This document shows positions 36,801 through 49,850 of a stretch of DNA of 64,000 bases, in pieces (position 1 is the first letter of the stretch; each line of letters opens with the position of its first letter). The DNA is taken from the NCBI GenBank assembly GCA_029953675.1, contig JAMWBK010000001.1, positions 3,742,664 to 3,806,663 of the forward strand, in the 5' to 3' direction. The position numbers and the translations under genes were made by a program. Source of the DNA: Rhodosorus marinus CCMP1338. Its lineage: Eukaryota > Plantae > Rhodophyta. Below the pieces are notes generated by a model, which was not told the origin of the DNA, made no database searches, and saw only the letters and a list, made by a program, of their open reading frames with translations.

Positions 36801-36842
36801 TCAGTAGGATGCTCAGCTAGCTTCTAGTAGAACGAATTCAAC

Positions 36843-37736
36843 ATAGCCTCACCTGGGGCCAACACAGTGCCGCTCACACAGTCATGCTCAATTCTCCTCT
36901 CACGCCGCCTACCACTGCCGCTCGTCTCCGCGGCATGGGAGGCCACCTCTCGCACTTGTGGTTAACCACTCTACCGTCGTCATTGAGTCATCGTCTCGAT
37001 GCTTTCCAGTTCCGTTCTGCCGCACGGATCTATCTCGGTTTGCCACAGGCTCCGTGGCACTCTAATCGGCCGTCTTTCTGTCAGGGATGTGAGAGCCGGA
37101 TTGACGCTTGTGGCTACCACTTCCTGGGTTCCTGCGGACTGTTACGAGGTCTCCGTACGAGGCGTCACACTCGCCTCAAGTACATCCTCAGCGAATTTTT
37201 GACTCGGATAGGGCATACGGTTGAGGTTGAGTCGGAACTGCCCAGATCAATCTCGGACTCTGCACCGTCCCGTTGTATAGCCGCTCTCCTCGTCTCCGAC
37301 GCTGCTGCCAGACGCTCAACATATGTGGACCTTGCGATTACCTGCCCCGTGGCCAGCGCCCACCTCACCGCAGCCGCCCGCCGCCGGGGGGCCGCGGCTT
37401 CAGCCCTTCAAAGAGTTAAGGAACGACGGTATGCTGAGAGCATGGCCAGTCTGCCTTGCGCTGAGGGTCGCTCTCACCGGTTCCAGCCATTCATTGTGGA
37501 AAGCTTTGGTCACGTGGATAAGTCGGGTTTAGAGTGGTTGCGGAAATGTTTTGCTGAGCATCCTACTGAATATTTGGCGCTCTTGAGGCGTTTAAGTGTC
37601 TCCCTTTGGCGATATTCCAGCCACATGCTTTCCGAGGCGCGCCATCGGCGCCTGGGGTTGCATGCTTCCCTCCCTAGTTATTAGTTCATCTTCACGCCTT
37701 GCGTAGCGCTTCAGGCTATGCTAGTAAAGTCCAGTA
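36843..37736 (+). mobile_element. Family A 3' fragment (Zn knuckle, REL, 3' UTR)
   Basis: ORF 36884..37684 is nearly identical to the C-terminus of 319..2445, and the 3' UTR is the same. Confidence 0.92.
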
Positions 37737-37789
37737 GAACGAGATCCCTGGACAGGGGGTTTGGAGTAAGTAGATGACGCTGCGAATGT

Positions 37790-39355
37790 TTGTGTAGCGT
37801 TGCGGTAGCTAGCTGCCGAATAAAGGCTATGGAAATTGCCAAGCTCCCACAACCGGAGCTTACGACGCAAATTGCCCTCTTCAGGTTCTGTGCAGAAACG
37901 CGACTAGACTATGTGCTACGATGCCACGCATACGAGTTTGGAAGAAATCTGGCACGCGAGGCCGACGTGATGACCAGATATCACCTGGAAATTCTATTCG
38001 GAGGCCTCGCTACGACAGCTGTAGAGGACGATGAGTACGCAGAGCTGATCTCGGACCAAATCGCTCTGCCCTGCCGCTGGGGAGGTTTGGGTTTCGCTAC
38101 TCGAAAGCGCGTCCAACCCATCGCGTTTTACTCGTCATGGAGAAACACCTTCCGGAACAATGAAGATGAATGGCCATACCTGACTGAACTAGAGCGGGAG
38201 GTTACGGCAGAACGCTCACCAGACACATACGAGCCGATGGATCAACGATGGTCGACTGCACAGCTGGCGGACCAGATCTGTGCGTCGTCGCGAGCAATAC
38301 AACGGAGGCTCGGACCAGAAACCCCGCCGCGGATCTTGGCACTGACTACCCTGCAACAACCGCGAGAAACATCTCTTCGAAGCGCCCCGGGCGAGACTGC
38401 AGCTTGGAATAATGGTTCAATACAACAAACCCTCTCTCGAGAGGCACACCATTGCGCATTCCAAAAGCTGGTCACCAACCCACGAATCTCCCCTGAAAAC
38501 CGAGCTCGAATACGGTCTGCCGCGGGATCCGGGTCGGGAGTCTGGCTACGTGAAATACCAACGCTGACAGCGAAAAAATTGAGTGCGGTTGAGATGCAGG
38601 TAAACGTTCGACAACTGCTGGGTCTGCCAATTCCGGGATTGCGGACCACCGAGAAGTGCACTAGTTGCCGGAGTAAACACGGAAGGACTGGGGTACAACG
38701 GTTTCATCACTGCCCAACATCAACTGGACTGTGGCAACGTAGGCATGACGAAATCTGCAGAGAGCTGGCACGGTGGCTAAGGCGATGGAACTTCATGGAC
38801 GTAGAGCAAGAACCTGAGGGGTACTTTGAGAACTACGGACTGCGACCTGATACCGTTGCTAGGCATCCGAGGACCAAACAAAGGTATGCGCTGGATGTGA
38901 CGGTGGTGTCACCATTACAGGGAAAATATTTGCGGCGGAGCCAAGATGATAGCGGATACGCGGCGAGAGCTGCGGAGAAGTGGAAAATCGCTCACTACAA
39001 AGAAGCGATGGTGATCGAGAAAGCGGATGATAAGTTCATCCCGATAGCAATAGAGACGTTTGGGCGTACGGGGCAAATGGCACAGGAGTTCCTCCGGGAC
39101 AGCTGCAAGCACTTACTGCACAGGAGTGAGGAGCTGAGAGACGTGAGATCCCAGATAAACCGGCAACTATGGCGAGGTAACGCAGAGATAGCATTAGGCG
39201 CTTTGCGCGTGGACCAGCTGGAGAATCCGCTGGTACCTGTTTTTTCTTTTGAACGTAGCATGAGACCCCGCTCAGCGGGGTTCCAGTAAGTTTCTCCCTA
39301 GATAGGATTAGACGTAGTGTTGCGCTGCAGTAGGCAGCTGCCCAGTAAAGCTTAC
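37790..39355 (+). mobile_element. Family D 3' half (thumb, Zn knuckle, REL, 3' UTR)
   Basis: The 499-aa ORF is homologous to the C-terminal half of 57153..60290 and the element ends CCCAGTAAAGCTTAC. Confidence 0.9.
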
Positions 39356-39373
39356 GGTTACGTAAGTCTCGGG
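39356..39373 (+). repeat. Degenerate interstitial telomere unit at a D junction
   Basis: GGTTACGTAAGTCTCGGG. Confidence 0.75.
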
Positions 39374-39377
39374 TACC

Positions 39378-39872
39378 TTGTTCTGGGGTAAAAGTTGGAA
39401 GTTCGGAAGCCAGAAAAATATAATAGTGCGGGAGGTGCGTGGGCCGTACCCAGAGCCCATTCTTATCCCCGGTTCACCGGCACCGGGTGCCATGGAAGTG
39501 TTACACGCTCTCCAGCACCAGGCTGTAGGAGCAGATCAGGATCCAAGGACAACGACACCAGCTGCAGACGTTACGCAGCCGGGGAACAGGAATGAGACTG
39601 ATGCCACTAATGACGCAGCTGCCTCTTTCCTGCAACAGTTGCGCACCTGTGACCAGTTTTGTCACGGTGTGGGCATTGGGAAAGAAACAGTCGAGGAGGT
39701 CTACAAGGCGATTTTTAAGTTGTACTCCCGTATTGGGAGCACCAGCGACCGTGCACTATGGCGTGGTACAGCCCGCTTAGCGATCCATGCCCTGCGCAAA
39801 GCTAATCATGTTCGGACAATGTTCCCTGTTCAATGTAGTCTTCTATCCCGCTCTGGGATCTCCTTAGCCTAG
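39378..39872 (+). mobile_element. Probable ORF1 fragment of the next D-type element
   Basis: IIVREVRGPYPEP..ASFLQQLRTCDQ..YKAIFKLYS is homologous to 44776..45501, which also follows a telomere spacer. The ORF1 assignment is by position. Confidence 0.6.
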
Positions 39873-40082
39873 CCCATCCTGCTTTCGTACCGTATTCTCT
39901 AGGTCTACATTGGGTAGTTGGAATGAACGGTACAAGTTGGAAAAAGAGGAGCAACCTTCCGAGTTCCTTTTTAATCATCACAGGGAAAATATATCAAACG
40001 CTTTCTACACCCGGCCACTTTATATTTTCAAGTTTTGGGCTCCAGGTTACCATCCTGATCTCGGACGACTTCCGCGAATCAG

Positions 40083-41210
40083 CTAGTTCCACTCGACGTT
40101 GACAGGGCATCCCTGAAATGGTATCCCGTTCAGGTACGGGCAATCGCTTTCTGAGGGGTTAAAGAACCATCCACCGTCCTTGTTCGACACCTCAATGGTG
40201 CCGAGGTACAACATGTCATTGATAGAAATGCAATTCGGCATATAAATCAACATCGACGGGCAGATATCCCATTCCAACGGGCTGTCAGGGTCTGCATCTG
40301 CGATCTGGAACTCTTCGTTGTTACCCCAGATCTCTCCCAGATCCTGGTTCGCTCCCCAGAGACCCAAGTACATGGCCGTAACGGTGTACTCTTGTCCGGC
40401 GGAGTTGAGACTCATGACGAGATGGAAGCAGCGCTCGCCATTTACGGATGAAGTGCTGTACGTCAGGGTTCCGACGTCGGTGGACGTACCCCTAACCACC
40501 AAGTCGACGGTAGTGCTGCAGTTGGACTCGCCTTCGCAAGTGAAAGTCGGCTCCAGGCCGGCCGCTTCGATGTCTTTTTCACAAACTTGGAAGGGAGTAG
40601 GACTCGGTGACGGTGTCGGGGAGGCCTTGCTCCAGTCGAGACTGATCGGACACTGGGTAACTCCGTTCGGACCTTTTGGGGTCGAGCTCGGACATTGACT
40701 ACCGTCTGTCATCTGCATGGAAATCCTAAGGGGCGTCTGGGTGTCTCCGACGAATCCCTTGAAAGCCGCTACCATGCAGATGGAGTCTTGGGAGAGGCAG
40801 TTGGGAATCGGCATTTCCGTTACAGGAATCTGAAAGACGAGGTTGTCCTGGTCGATGTCCGCCTCGCTCAAATTAACCTGAAACTTTGCTGCACCATTAG
40901 GAACGCTTCCCTCATTGCAACTGGGCCAGACTCCAATTCTCACGCTCGTCAAATTCGTAAGCGACACAACCATGCCCTCCTTTTTTACCTCCAGCTGGAA
41001 GCTAGCCGACCCATCTTCGTTCTCAACCGACTGGGTATAAAACTTTCCTACAAGCTCCAGCCCGTAAATGTCATCATTATAGGTCAACCAGTTAATTCGC
41101 CTTTGAAAGTAGGGATATTCACCCTCTGGGTCACAAGTATCGCTCCCTGCTGCGGTTGCAGCCCAAAAACCAATTGCTATAAATACTGCTGCTCCGCAGA
41201 AGCTCTTCAT
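40083..41210 (-). CDS. Secreted 375-aa protein with two similar Cys-containing beta-rich domains joined by an SPTPSPSPTP linker
   Basis: Intronless ORF with an N-terminal signal peptide; internal repeat judged by eye. Confidence 0.75.
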   Translation of the reverse strand: MKSFCGAAVFIAIGFWAATAAGSDTCDPEGEYPYFQRRINWLTYNDDIYGLELVGKFYTQSVENEDGSASFQLEVKKEGMVVSLTNLTSVRIGVWPSCNEGSVPNGAAKFQVNLSEADIDQDNLVFQIPVTEMPIPNCLSQDSICMVAAFKGFVGDTQTPLRISMQMTDGSQCPSSTPKGPNGVTQCPISLDWSKASPTPSPSPTPFQVCEKDIEAAGLEPTFTCEGESNCSTTVDLVVRGTSTDVGTLTYSTSSVNGERCFHLVMSLNSAGQEYTVTAMYLGLWGANQDLGEIWGNNEEFQIADADPDSPLEWDICPSMLIYMPNCISINDMLYLGTIEVSNKDGGWFFNPSESDCPYLNGIPFQGCPVNVEWN

Positions 41211-42546
41211 CGTTGCAAGAGATGTTACACTTCACGTTCTTAACGTTTTTCCTCGTCTACTTGTACATGCTCCACAAGTCCCCCTACACGGACGTAGGCT
41301 TTGCGCGCACATTTTTTATACCTGTTCGAACCGGCGTCTTAGAGTGTTTGGAATCCATCAAGATTGGGGCTGCCTCCCGTTGTTCAGCGAGTAGGTTGTC
41401 AAGTCCTACGCTTATCCGTTCTACCCTGGCGTCACTCCAGCTCAGGTGTGTTCGTTTTCCCAGCGAATTTTGGCTCTACCGCTCTCTCAATGACTGAAGA
41501 TGAAACATCGTACTCAGAATCTACTCAGGCCACCCCGCGCAGGATGAAACCGTTCCAAAAGAAACCGCCCAAAAACGAAGATTCCCGGCCAAAAATAGAA
41601 AACCCAAAAATAGAAAAGCGGCACACTTGTCAGTAGGAGGCGCCCAGCCGGGGCCGCTGTAAGCAATATCTCTACAGTATATACTATATTAGAAGATAAA
41701 CTTGATCGATGTCCATCCCTTCAAACTTTTCCATATTTCTGGTTGCATGTATGAGAACAACCCTTCCATAGAATATCTATACGTTCTAAACACTTTACCT
41801 GCCCACGGTGGTTGTGGTTTTCCTTAGTTTTTAGCACAAATCCGTCGCCATATACGGTATAAACGCTCTCCCGATCCCCTCTTTGGACCTACTTGAAGAC
41901 ATATCCAAAAATACTTTATCAAATACACGTTAGTGAATAGATTTTGATTGATCTCGAGGCCCGATCGTTTTAACGATATTTGTCGTCCATCACAAGGAAG
42001 ACTGGCCATCCTCCCCGCATACCAGCGTTCCTCTTGTCGGCGAAGGACCGAGGTGGCTGCCTGGGGGAACGGTAAGTCATTTGTAAGTACGCTTGCAGGG
42101 GAAACAGTAAGAGGAAAGATTAACAGACAAACAAAAGATCGCTGTACATAGCGAGGACAGACGCAGATCATTGTAGCGGTCTGTCGCCTGTATAGGGTGG
42201 GATTACTCGCTGCATACTCGTTTTTGCTTCGTGCTGCGGTGGCCCGAAGGTGGCTTTGATTTGGAGGCGCGTGCGATCTTCACCGCTCCTAGTCCTTTCT
42301 TTCCGCCCATCGGGATGTTTTCTACTCTCGGAACCCACCTAGTCAAGAAAGGACACAGATTAGCAACTTGACATTTGCAGGGCTGACATCAGGTGATAAA
42401 ACCGTGTCCGCTCAGGTGTTGACTGGGTTTTAGTGGTTTCTTCTAGCACAGCTTCAACTTCATGCCTTTCAGGTCGCTTGTGTTGCCCGCTCTTCAACAC
42501 ACCTTCAATAAATCTGAGTATCTCCGTGCCGAAGACCCCACCATCC

Positions 42547-43440
42547 ATCTGTTTATTCAGAGGCTAACTAGCCTGAGAAGCGAGAAACAATAGGCTGCTA
42601 GCGCGCGTCAACAAACAAAGCAGCATTCGAACGCCACAGCGTCAAAGAGAGCTCTGTGAGGAGACGATCCAGAAGTCCTGGGTCGTTACGAAAAACAGAA
42701 CGCAGCCAGCGCGAACCTACATTATCTATCAACCCACGCACTCGACGACTGACCAGCCCACTAACCTGACTACTGCCCCTGAAGCACATCCCCCGCCCTC
42801 CCCCCCCCCCCCCCTCCTGACCAGCTGAGGTGAAGCAACGTTCTATCCAACAAACCCTCTCAAGAGAGGCACACCAAACTGCCTTCACCCGACTAGTCAC
42901 TGATCCCTTGCTCGATCGTGAAAAAAAAGCCCGAATCCGCTCTGCTGCAGGAGCAGGTTCAGGTGTCTGGCTCCGCGATTTGTCGCATTTTGGCCCCCGA
43001 AAGTTGAGTGGTCCGGGAATGCAGGTGAGTATATACGACAACAGTTGGGACTCTCGATTCCAGGGTGGATGAATTGTTTAATCGGAGAAAAGAAAACAAA
43101 AACCAAGGGAAAAAAGGACTAAGCGCCACGAAGTTCGGGCGCCTCCAAAAGCAAAACAGCGTTCAAACGCCACAACAAGAAAGTAAACAAGGATTGAAGA
43201 CGGTCCGGGCGTTCGTGGAAGATCTCTCAAAGCCAGCGAGACACAAGGGAGTCCATAAACCCAAAGGTTTCGATGACTAAAGGCACCAGGCGGTGAGCGA
43301 GCGCCGAAGCACGAACCTCTGGGGTAGACGGAGCCCTCGTACATGTCACATCTTTATGGAGACGCATACTGGCAGCTGCATATCCACGGCGCTCTCCCGC
43401 GGTAGGCAGATAACGGCTGGCCTGAGGGTTAGGCACAGTA
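42547..43440. mobile_element. Cluster of CRE-like fragments: F 3' end (minus), D-like piece (plus), B-like 3' end (minus)
   Basis: 42547-42735 F terminus; 42780-43060 SIQQTLSREAH..RIRSAAG; 43075-43440 RLVPLVIETFG plus a B-like terminus. Confidence 0.7.
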
Positions 43441-43450
43441 TGAGCTTAGT

Positions 43451-44682
43451 TTGGGGTTACTCGTCATGGAGAAACAATTCATCTTCTTCCGGAACAATGA
43501 AGATGAATGGCTATACCTGACTGAACTAGAGCGGGAGGTTTCGGCAGAACGCTCACCAGACACATACGAGCCGACGGAGCAACGATGGTCGACTGCACAG
43601 CTGGCGACCAGATCTGTGCATCGTCGCGAGCAATACAACGGAGGCTCGGACCAGAAATCCCGCCGCGGATCTTGGCACTGACTACCCTGCAACAACCGCG
43701 AGAAACATCTCTTCGAAGCGCACCGGGCGAGACTGCAGCTTGGAATAATGGTTCAATACAACAAACCCTCTCTCGAGAGGCACACCATTGCGCATTCCAA
43801 AGGTTGGACACCAACCCACGAATCTCCCCTGAAAACCGAGCTCGAATACGGTCCGCCGCGGGATCCGGGTCGGGAGTCTGGCTGCGTGAAATCCCAACGC
43901 TGACACCGAAAAAATTGAGTGCGGTTGAGATGCAGGTAAACGTTCGACAACTGCTGGGTCTGCCAATTCCGGGATTGCGGACCACCGAGAAGTGCACTAG
44001 TTGCCGGAGTAAACACGGAAGGACTGGGGTACAACGGTTTCATCATTGCCCAACATCAACTGGACTGTGGCAACGTAGGCACGACGAAATCTGCAGAGAG
44101 TTGGCACGGTGGCTGAGGCGATGGAACTTCATGGACGTAGAGCAAGAACCTGAGGGGTACTTCGAGAACTACGGACTGCGATCTGATATCGTTGCTAGGC
44201 ATCCGAGGACCAAACAAAGGTATGCGCTGGATGTAACTGTGGTGTCACCATTACAGGGAAAATATTTGCGGCGGAGCCAAGATGATAGCGGATACGCGGC
44301 GAGAGCTGCGGAGAAGTGGAAAATCGCTCACTACAAGGAAGCGATGGTGATCGAGAAACCGGATGACAAGTTCATCCCGATAGCGATAAAGACGTTTGGG
44401 CGTACGGGGCAAATGGCGCAAGAGTTCTCCGCGACAGCTGCAAACACTTACTGCACAGGAGTGAGGAGCTGAGAGATGTGAGATCCCAGATAAACTATGG
44501 CGAGGTAATGCAGAGATAGCACTAGGCGCTTTGCGCGTGGACCAGTTGGAGAATCCGCTGGTGCCTGTTTTTTCTTTTGAACGTAGGATGAGACCCCGGT
44601 AGCGAGGTTCCAGTAAGTTTCTCTCTAGATAGGATTAGACGTAGTGTTGCGCTGCAGTAGGCAGCTGCCCAGTAAAGCTTAC
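43451..44682 (+). mobile_element. Family D 3' fragment
   Basis: Near-identical to about 38120-39355. Confidence 0.9.
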
Positions 44683-44740
44683 GGTTACGTTAGTCTGGGG
44701 TGACGGTTACGTTAGTCTGGAGTTACGTTAGTCTGGGGGG
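44683..44740 (+). repeat. Interstitial telomere repeats (about 3 units) after the D terminus
   Basis: GGTTACGTTAGTCTGGGG TGAC GGTTACGTTAGTCTGGAGTTACGTTAGTCTGGGGGG. Confidence 0.92.
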
Positions 44741-44775
44741 AAGACAAAAGGAAAAGTTCGTAAGAGAGTCCGAAG

Positions 44776-46851
44776 ATGATTGTGAGGGAGGTACGCTGGC
44801 CGTACCCCGAACCTCTTGTCATTCAGGGCCCGGACCCCTTGGGCACCCGGGAAGGTTTGCAAAGGCACCAGCACCAGTCTGATGGCGACGTGCAGGAGGC
44901 ACCGACGGAACCACAAGCAGGCGATGTTCAAGCAAGAACGCGGACCGAGTCTGCAGCCGCAACCGACCCGGCAGCCACATTCTTGCATCAACTGCGTAGC
45001 TTCGACAGATGCTACCAGGACCTGGGCATCGGTGCGTCCGAAATTACAGACTTCTACAAAGCAGTTTTTCAACTGTACTCACCGGTCAACAGCTCGCAAG
45101 AGCTGCAAGGCGTCACCGGACGCCTTACGGAGTTGTCCCGGAAACCGGGTATGTGGGAAGGTGGAGCCGCTACTACGAATTCTGCACCATCTCCGCCTGA
45201 TCTCCCGCGACAGGCCGTAGGCAACCACCTGGCTCCCGAAACCCGTTACCGTAACGGTCGACTGCCAGGAAGTTATGACGTCCATGATTTAGGAACCCGG
45301 CTCCCCGCGCCCCAGGGAGGGACAGGTGTCCGAGATCTAGGACACTATGCGGAGGCATTCCCAGCCATCGGGGACGGCCCTACAAGGCCAACCTTCGCCG
45401 AGTTTGCAGCTCAGAAAGCCACTAAAACCCAGAATCTGTTTTGGAGGATTTGCTCCGGACCTCCCGTCGTGGACGCTGCCCTGGACCCTCCGGGCTACTA
45501 ACGGAATTATTGCAGGCCTTGAGCAAACTTGGCGAGAACGCACTGGTGAAGACACTCAATACGCTGTTCCAGGGCGCAGGGAGTGCGAGTGCCCACTGGG
45601 ATCAACTGCGACGGGCACAGCTTTGTTTGGCGACCCGCGTCTCCGGCCGATCGGCATGGGCGAGAGTCTCGTAGTTTAACCCCGTAGTTTGAGGTTGTAG
45701 GTTCCGTAGTCTGGGGTTGTAGGCACCCCCGAAACTTTTTTGCAGTTCGTCTGGGTGAGGAACCTTACGCCCCAGACAACCCAGGGCCAGGTTCCGAGTA
45801 TGCGCGATTTTCGGAACAATTTTTGAGAATCTTTGGGCTGTCGTCGCGAGGATTTCATCTTTGCCAGTACTGAGGGTCGAGACGTCCTTTTGCCGACCTC
45901 GCAGGACCAGGCAGAGCTATGGAGGCTGGGGGTGTTGGAGGGATCTGCCTCCACGTCTGTGCGCAGGTGACGAGGCCCTGACTGGAACCTCTCCAACAAG
46001 ATCCTCTCCATGCGTCGAATGCGCAGTCAGTGGATAGATGTCGCCTTCACGCTGCGCTCCTGCTCCGAGAGCCCTTCAGTCTATCCCAGGGACAGATATT
46101 GTTCCGAGAAACGGTCGAACGCGAAAAAAAGGGCGACCTGAGGGTGAGAATGCAACCAGCGGGAGCTCTCAGGCCACTATTCGGTGGGCTTGGCCAGTAA
46201 GGCCTGGAGGTAGGTGGCCGCGTTCGCTGTGACGATGAACAAGCCGTCTCGACCCTCAGTATTGGCAAAGATGAAATCCTCGCGACGTGAGCCCAAGGTG
46301 TTCGCTGTGAGCAGCAAACGAACGTCCCGACCCTCCTAGTTGGCAAAGAAAAATTCTTCCCGACTACAGCCAAAGGATTCCGCGAAAGTTTTGCGGAAAT
46401 CGCGCATGTTCGGCACCTGCCCACGGGTTGTCTGCGGCCGAACGTTCCGCACCCAGACAAATTGCGAAGTGATTTCCGTGGTTCCAACCTTAGCCTCCCT
46501 ATGAGGCAAATAGCGTGTCATTGCCGCCGTACGGGCGGCAGTGGTGCCCTTCCGCAGCGCCGAACTGTACGATGGCCCCGCCTTGGGGCGATTACTTACA
46601 CCAGCCTGGGCCCGAGGCGGTTGACCCGCACGGGGCCTGCCAAGGACCGGGAAGTCCGCTCCAGATGATAAGGTTGCTAAGCCTGCAGACACAGCTTCAT
46701 TCGCCGCCATCACGGTTGCCTCACAATCACCACCGCCGTTGCGTCCGGTTCCTGAGCGCTTGAAGCTCGTTTTGGCCCCGAGTTCCACTTCCCAACACCG
46801 CATTGTCCCACTCTGGCCTAACCGCCCTCGCTTGTCCCGGGACAGGTTCAT
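44776..46851. mobile_element. Mosaic of a D-type ORF1 fragment, a family C RT fragment and inverted family C ORF1 fragments
   Basis: 44776-45430 homologous to 39378; 45441-45674 homologous to 7330-7827; QFVWVRN..PQTT.GQVP.MRDFR on plus (about 45740-45900) and on minus (46336..46851). Confidence 0.7.
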
Positions 46852-47699
46852 TTTTGACTGACCGCAAGATTTTGACTGCCTTCAGCAACCGCTGCAACTC
46901 TGAGATTCAAACTATCACTCGGGTTTGAATTTCACCGCGAAACCAGTCCCGATTCCAGCGAACCGAGCCCCTGGTTTAGCTGGGGTAGCACGACTCGATC
47001 ACCCGCAGCCGTGATCAGGCTGGTGACAGCTGAGACAGTGCACGCACCTGGGTGCCAGAAGCGCCCTTCAAGGCAACCTCTGAAGAGAAGGTACCCGGGG
47101 CTATTCCGCTCATAAACTCGCTTTTCTCCCTCCGGGGGCTCTCTTAGAGGTCGCGCATCTGAGGCGAACACTGAGTCCACCACCTGGCAGTGCCTCCTCG
47201 TTATGGGGCTCCGTCGAGCTCGGAGATACCCTACCATCCTGAGAGGATGTGTAAAGGAAACGTTGCATCGCCAAAAAAACCTCACCGAGAGAATAATTGA
47301 CCACACCCAACCCAAAGGGGGAAATCTCCTCAACGCACCCCCACGAGAGGGAGAGAAAGTTGCAGTAGAAGCGACACACCCCGGAAAAGTAGGGGGAAGG
47401 ACTACCAGAGGAAACCCTACCCACAAACGAACACGCTCGCGACCGAAAAAGATTCAAAACCCCACTTCTTCCCAATCCAATCCCGATCCTAGTCGTCTAC
47501 TTAACCCCCAGCGCTACGCAAGGCGTGACAAAGGAACTAAGAACTAGGAAATGTGTTTTACTGTTTCCGTTTATTCCAACGTGGGGTGGAAGACTACTTT
47601 CTATAGGGAACAGCGTCCGAACATGACTATCTTTGCGCAAGGCATGAATCGCCAAGTGAGCCGTACCTCGGCATAGCTCTCGATTCAGTTCCGCGCACC

Positions 47700-49585
47700 A
47701 GCCCTTGCGCGTCCAACGCAATGCGAATCACCGGGTCGATTGAAGTAGTCGCACCGTCAGCAGGCTCGAGGGACTCTACCTTTGGTGCAATAGAGTCTAT
47801 GTTCCCGCAGCGAAACTTGACATCGGCCCACGCTCCGCGATTGTCTTCTTGATTCTCGTGTTTCCGTCCAAAGTCGCCTCCCAGCGTCAAGGTGCTCCCG
47901 CTCTCGACATCCATATTGAAGAAGGTCGCAGGATCGAACTTTCTGCTGGGGAATCCGAGTCCATTCACGGCTGAGTCGTACACAATTCTGCCATCCACAG
48001 CGATCGTAAAGATGAGTGCGCCCGCTGGGATCCACCTTGCAGTGTCGTCCATCCCGTAGAAACCTTCGATCGACGTGCAGTCAGCGGGGACTTGAACCTC
48101 CACTTGCACAACAGGGACGAAACTCAAGCCCTTTCTGAATCGCCTGCCGCGAATCAGTATAGGAGTCACGCCATCAATCGCCGTGTCACGGAAAACCGAT
48201 TCGGGCGTAGGATCCACGGACAGGGCAAGGTCGGAAACATACTTGACGAACCCTCTGCCCGTATAAAAAGTACTCGTCAGCCCGCCTATCATGGAGAGAT
48301 TTTTCCAGTTGACCAACCCAGAAACAGTCACAGTATCTTGCGCGTCCTCCTTCAGCAACTCGCTTGGAACAAAGGTAAGAATGTTCCTAACGTCATCCCG
48401 CTCCACATGGCCTGGGACAACATCCCGGGATACAGTCTCTACCACAACTATAGCCGCTTGTGCCGAGTCCGGGGTCACCTTCTTGCTTACAGCCACCTCA
48501 ACCAACGTCGACCTAGCCGCGCCCATGAACCCATGCGGCGGTACGATTCCAACCACCTCCGGCGGCGAATTATTCTCCCTGTAACAGATCCTGCCTATCT
48601 GACTGGAAGCGAGAGCCAGGTAGTAAAGACATCCGTCGCTTCCCGGTCGAAGGTTGATCGGTCCGGGGACCCCTGTGGCGAGCTCGAGAGGCGCAGAAAC
48701 CACGTTACCGACGTCGTCTACCTTGACGTACCGTATCCAGTTTCCGGAATAGGCGCAGTAGTACACGGCGTTGTTGAAAGCGTCAGGCCAACCCTCGACG
48801 TTGACTCTCAATGCGGCAGTAATCGCAGTACCTTCCTGGTGGGAGTAGCTTAGTTTCGGATTCACTTTCGTACCCACATACGAGGCCCCCGAGGATGGCG
48901 GGATATTGTTGAACAGATCAATGCACTCGTCGAAGATGCCAAACTGAAAGCGATCAAGCTCTGCCTCCATGCATGGCCACCCGAAGTTCGCACCCGGTTG
49001 AACCAGATTGAACTCTTCCAGGGTTATCTCTCCAACATCACCGACCCATGGAGTACCAAGCTCAGCGTCCCAATGGATGTTCCATGGGTTGCGAAGGCCC
49101 AAAGCCATCACCTTTGACCGGTTCGCATCCGGATTACCGTCGTAGTAGGGGGTTGGTTTGTAGGCCTTTACCACTCCGATCTACCCTGAGGACCTTCCCG
49201 TACAGACTGTCGACGTCCTGAGCCCTCATCGCGTTCGGCCTGTCAAAATCGTCCGCACGCGCGGAGTCCCCTACCGGTATCCAAATTCGTCCCTGGGGGT
49301 CCGATATTATTCCTCCCATCGTATGATCCGAATGAGAAATGCAAACGTTGTCCTCTGCTGTGCTAACTTGCGTACAATTTCCATTCACGTATCCTCCGAG
49401 AATGAACTTCTTCGAGCTACGAATCGCCTCCGAGAGGTCATTGCTCACCCTGTACTGAGCCACAAACCCTTGGGGAGGAGGTCTTGGCACTCTTAAAAGT
49501 AGTGAACGTATGAGACGCGTAGACGTAAGGGTGATTTTGAAAGTCGGAATCTACTGCGCGATCTCCGCACCCTCGGGAGTGGAGA
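47700..49585 (-). pseudogene. Glucose/sorbosone dehydrogenase (GSDH, PQQ-type beta-propeller) with Ig-like (Big_5-like) and NPCBM-like domains; truncated at both ends, at least two frameshifts
   Basis: DFQNHPYVY, HTMGGI..GRIWIPVGD, GKVLRV, GLRNPW, EEFNLVQPGANFGWP. Then PPEVVGIVP..LTFVPSELL (Ig-like) and FRKGL..GMDD..FTIAVDG..WADVKFRC (NPCBM-like). Frameshifts near 49150 (C5 run) and near 49490. Confidence 0.75.
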
Positions 49586-49589
49586 GCGG

Positions 49590-49850
49590 AGGGACCCCGG
49601 CCATCACGAAAATATGTTATGAAACGGAACCCGACCAAAAAACCCCCACAACCCAACGCCACAAGACCGACAACCCAGGATCGAACCCGAAGGTAAGAAG
49701 GGAAGATTCCCCAGCAACAGGCAACAAAACCCGAAAAAAGCCGGGGGAAGGCAGTCAGAAGGTGCGCCTTCTACGAAGAACACTCTCGGACCAAATAGGG
49801 CTCAAATTGCAACCGAAAAACATCTCAAAACCCCCATCTAGTTTTTACTG
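49590..49850 (-). mobile_element. Family B-type 5' UTR and ORF1 start
   Basis: Homologous to about 2500-2720 and to GTGATGGCTGGGGTC near 16879. Confidence 0.55.
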
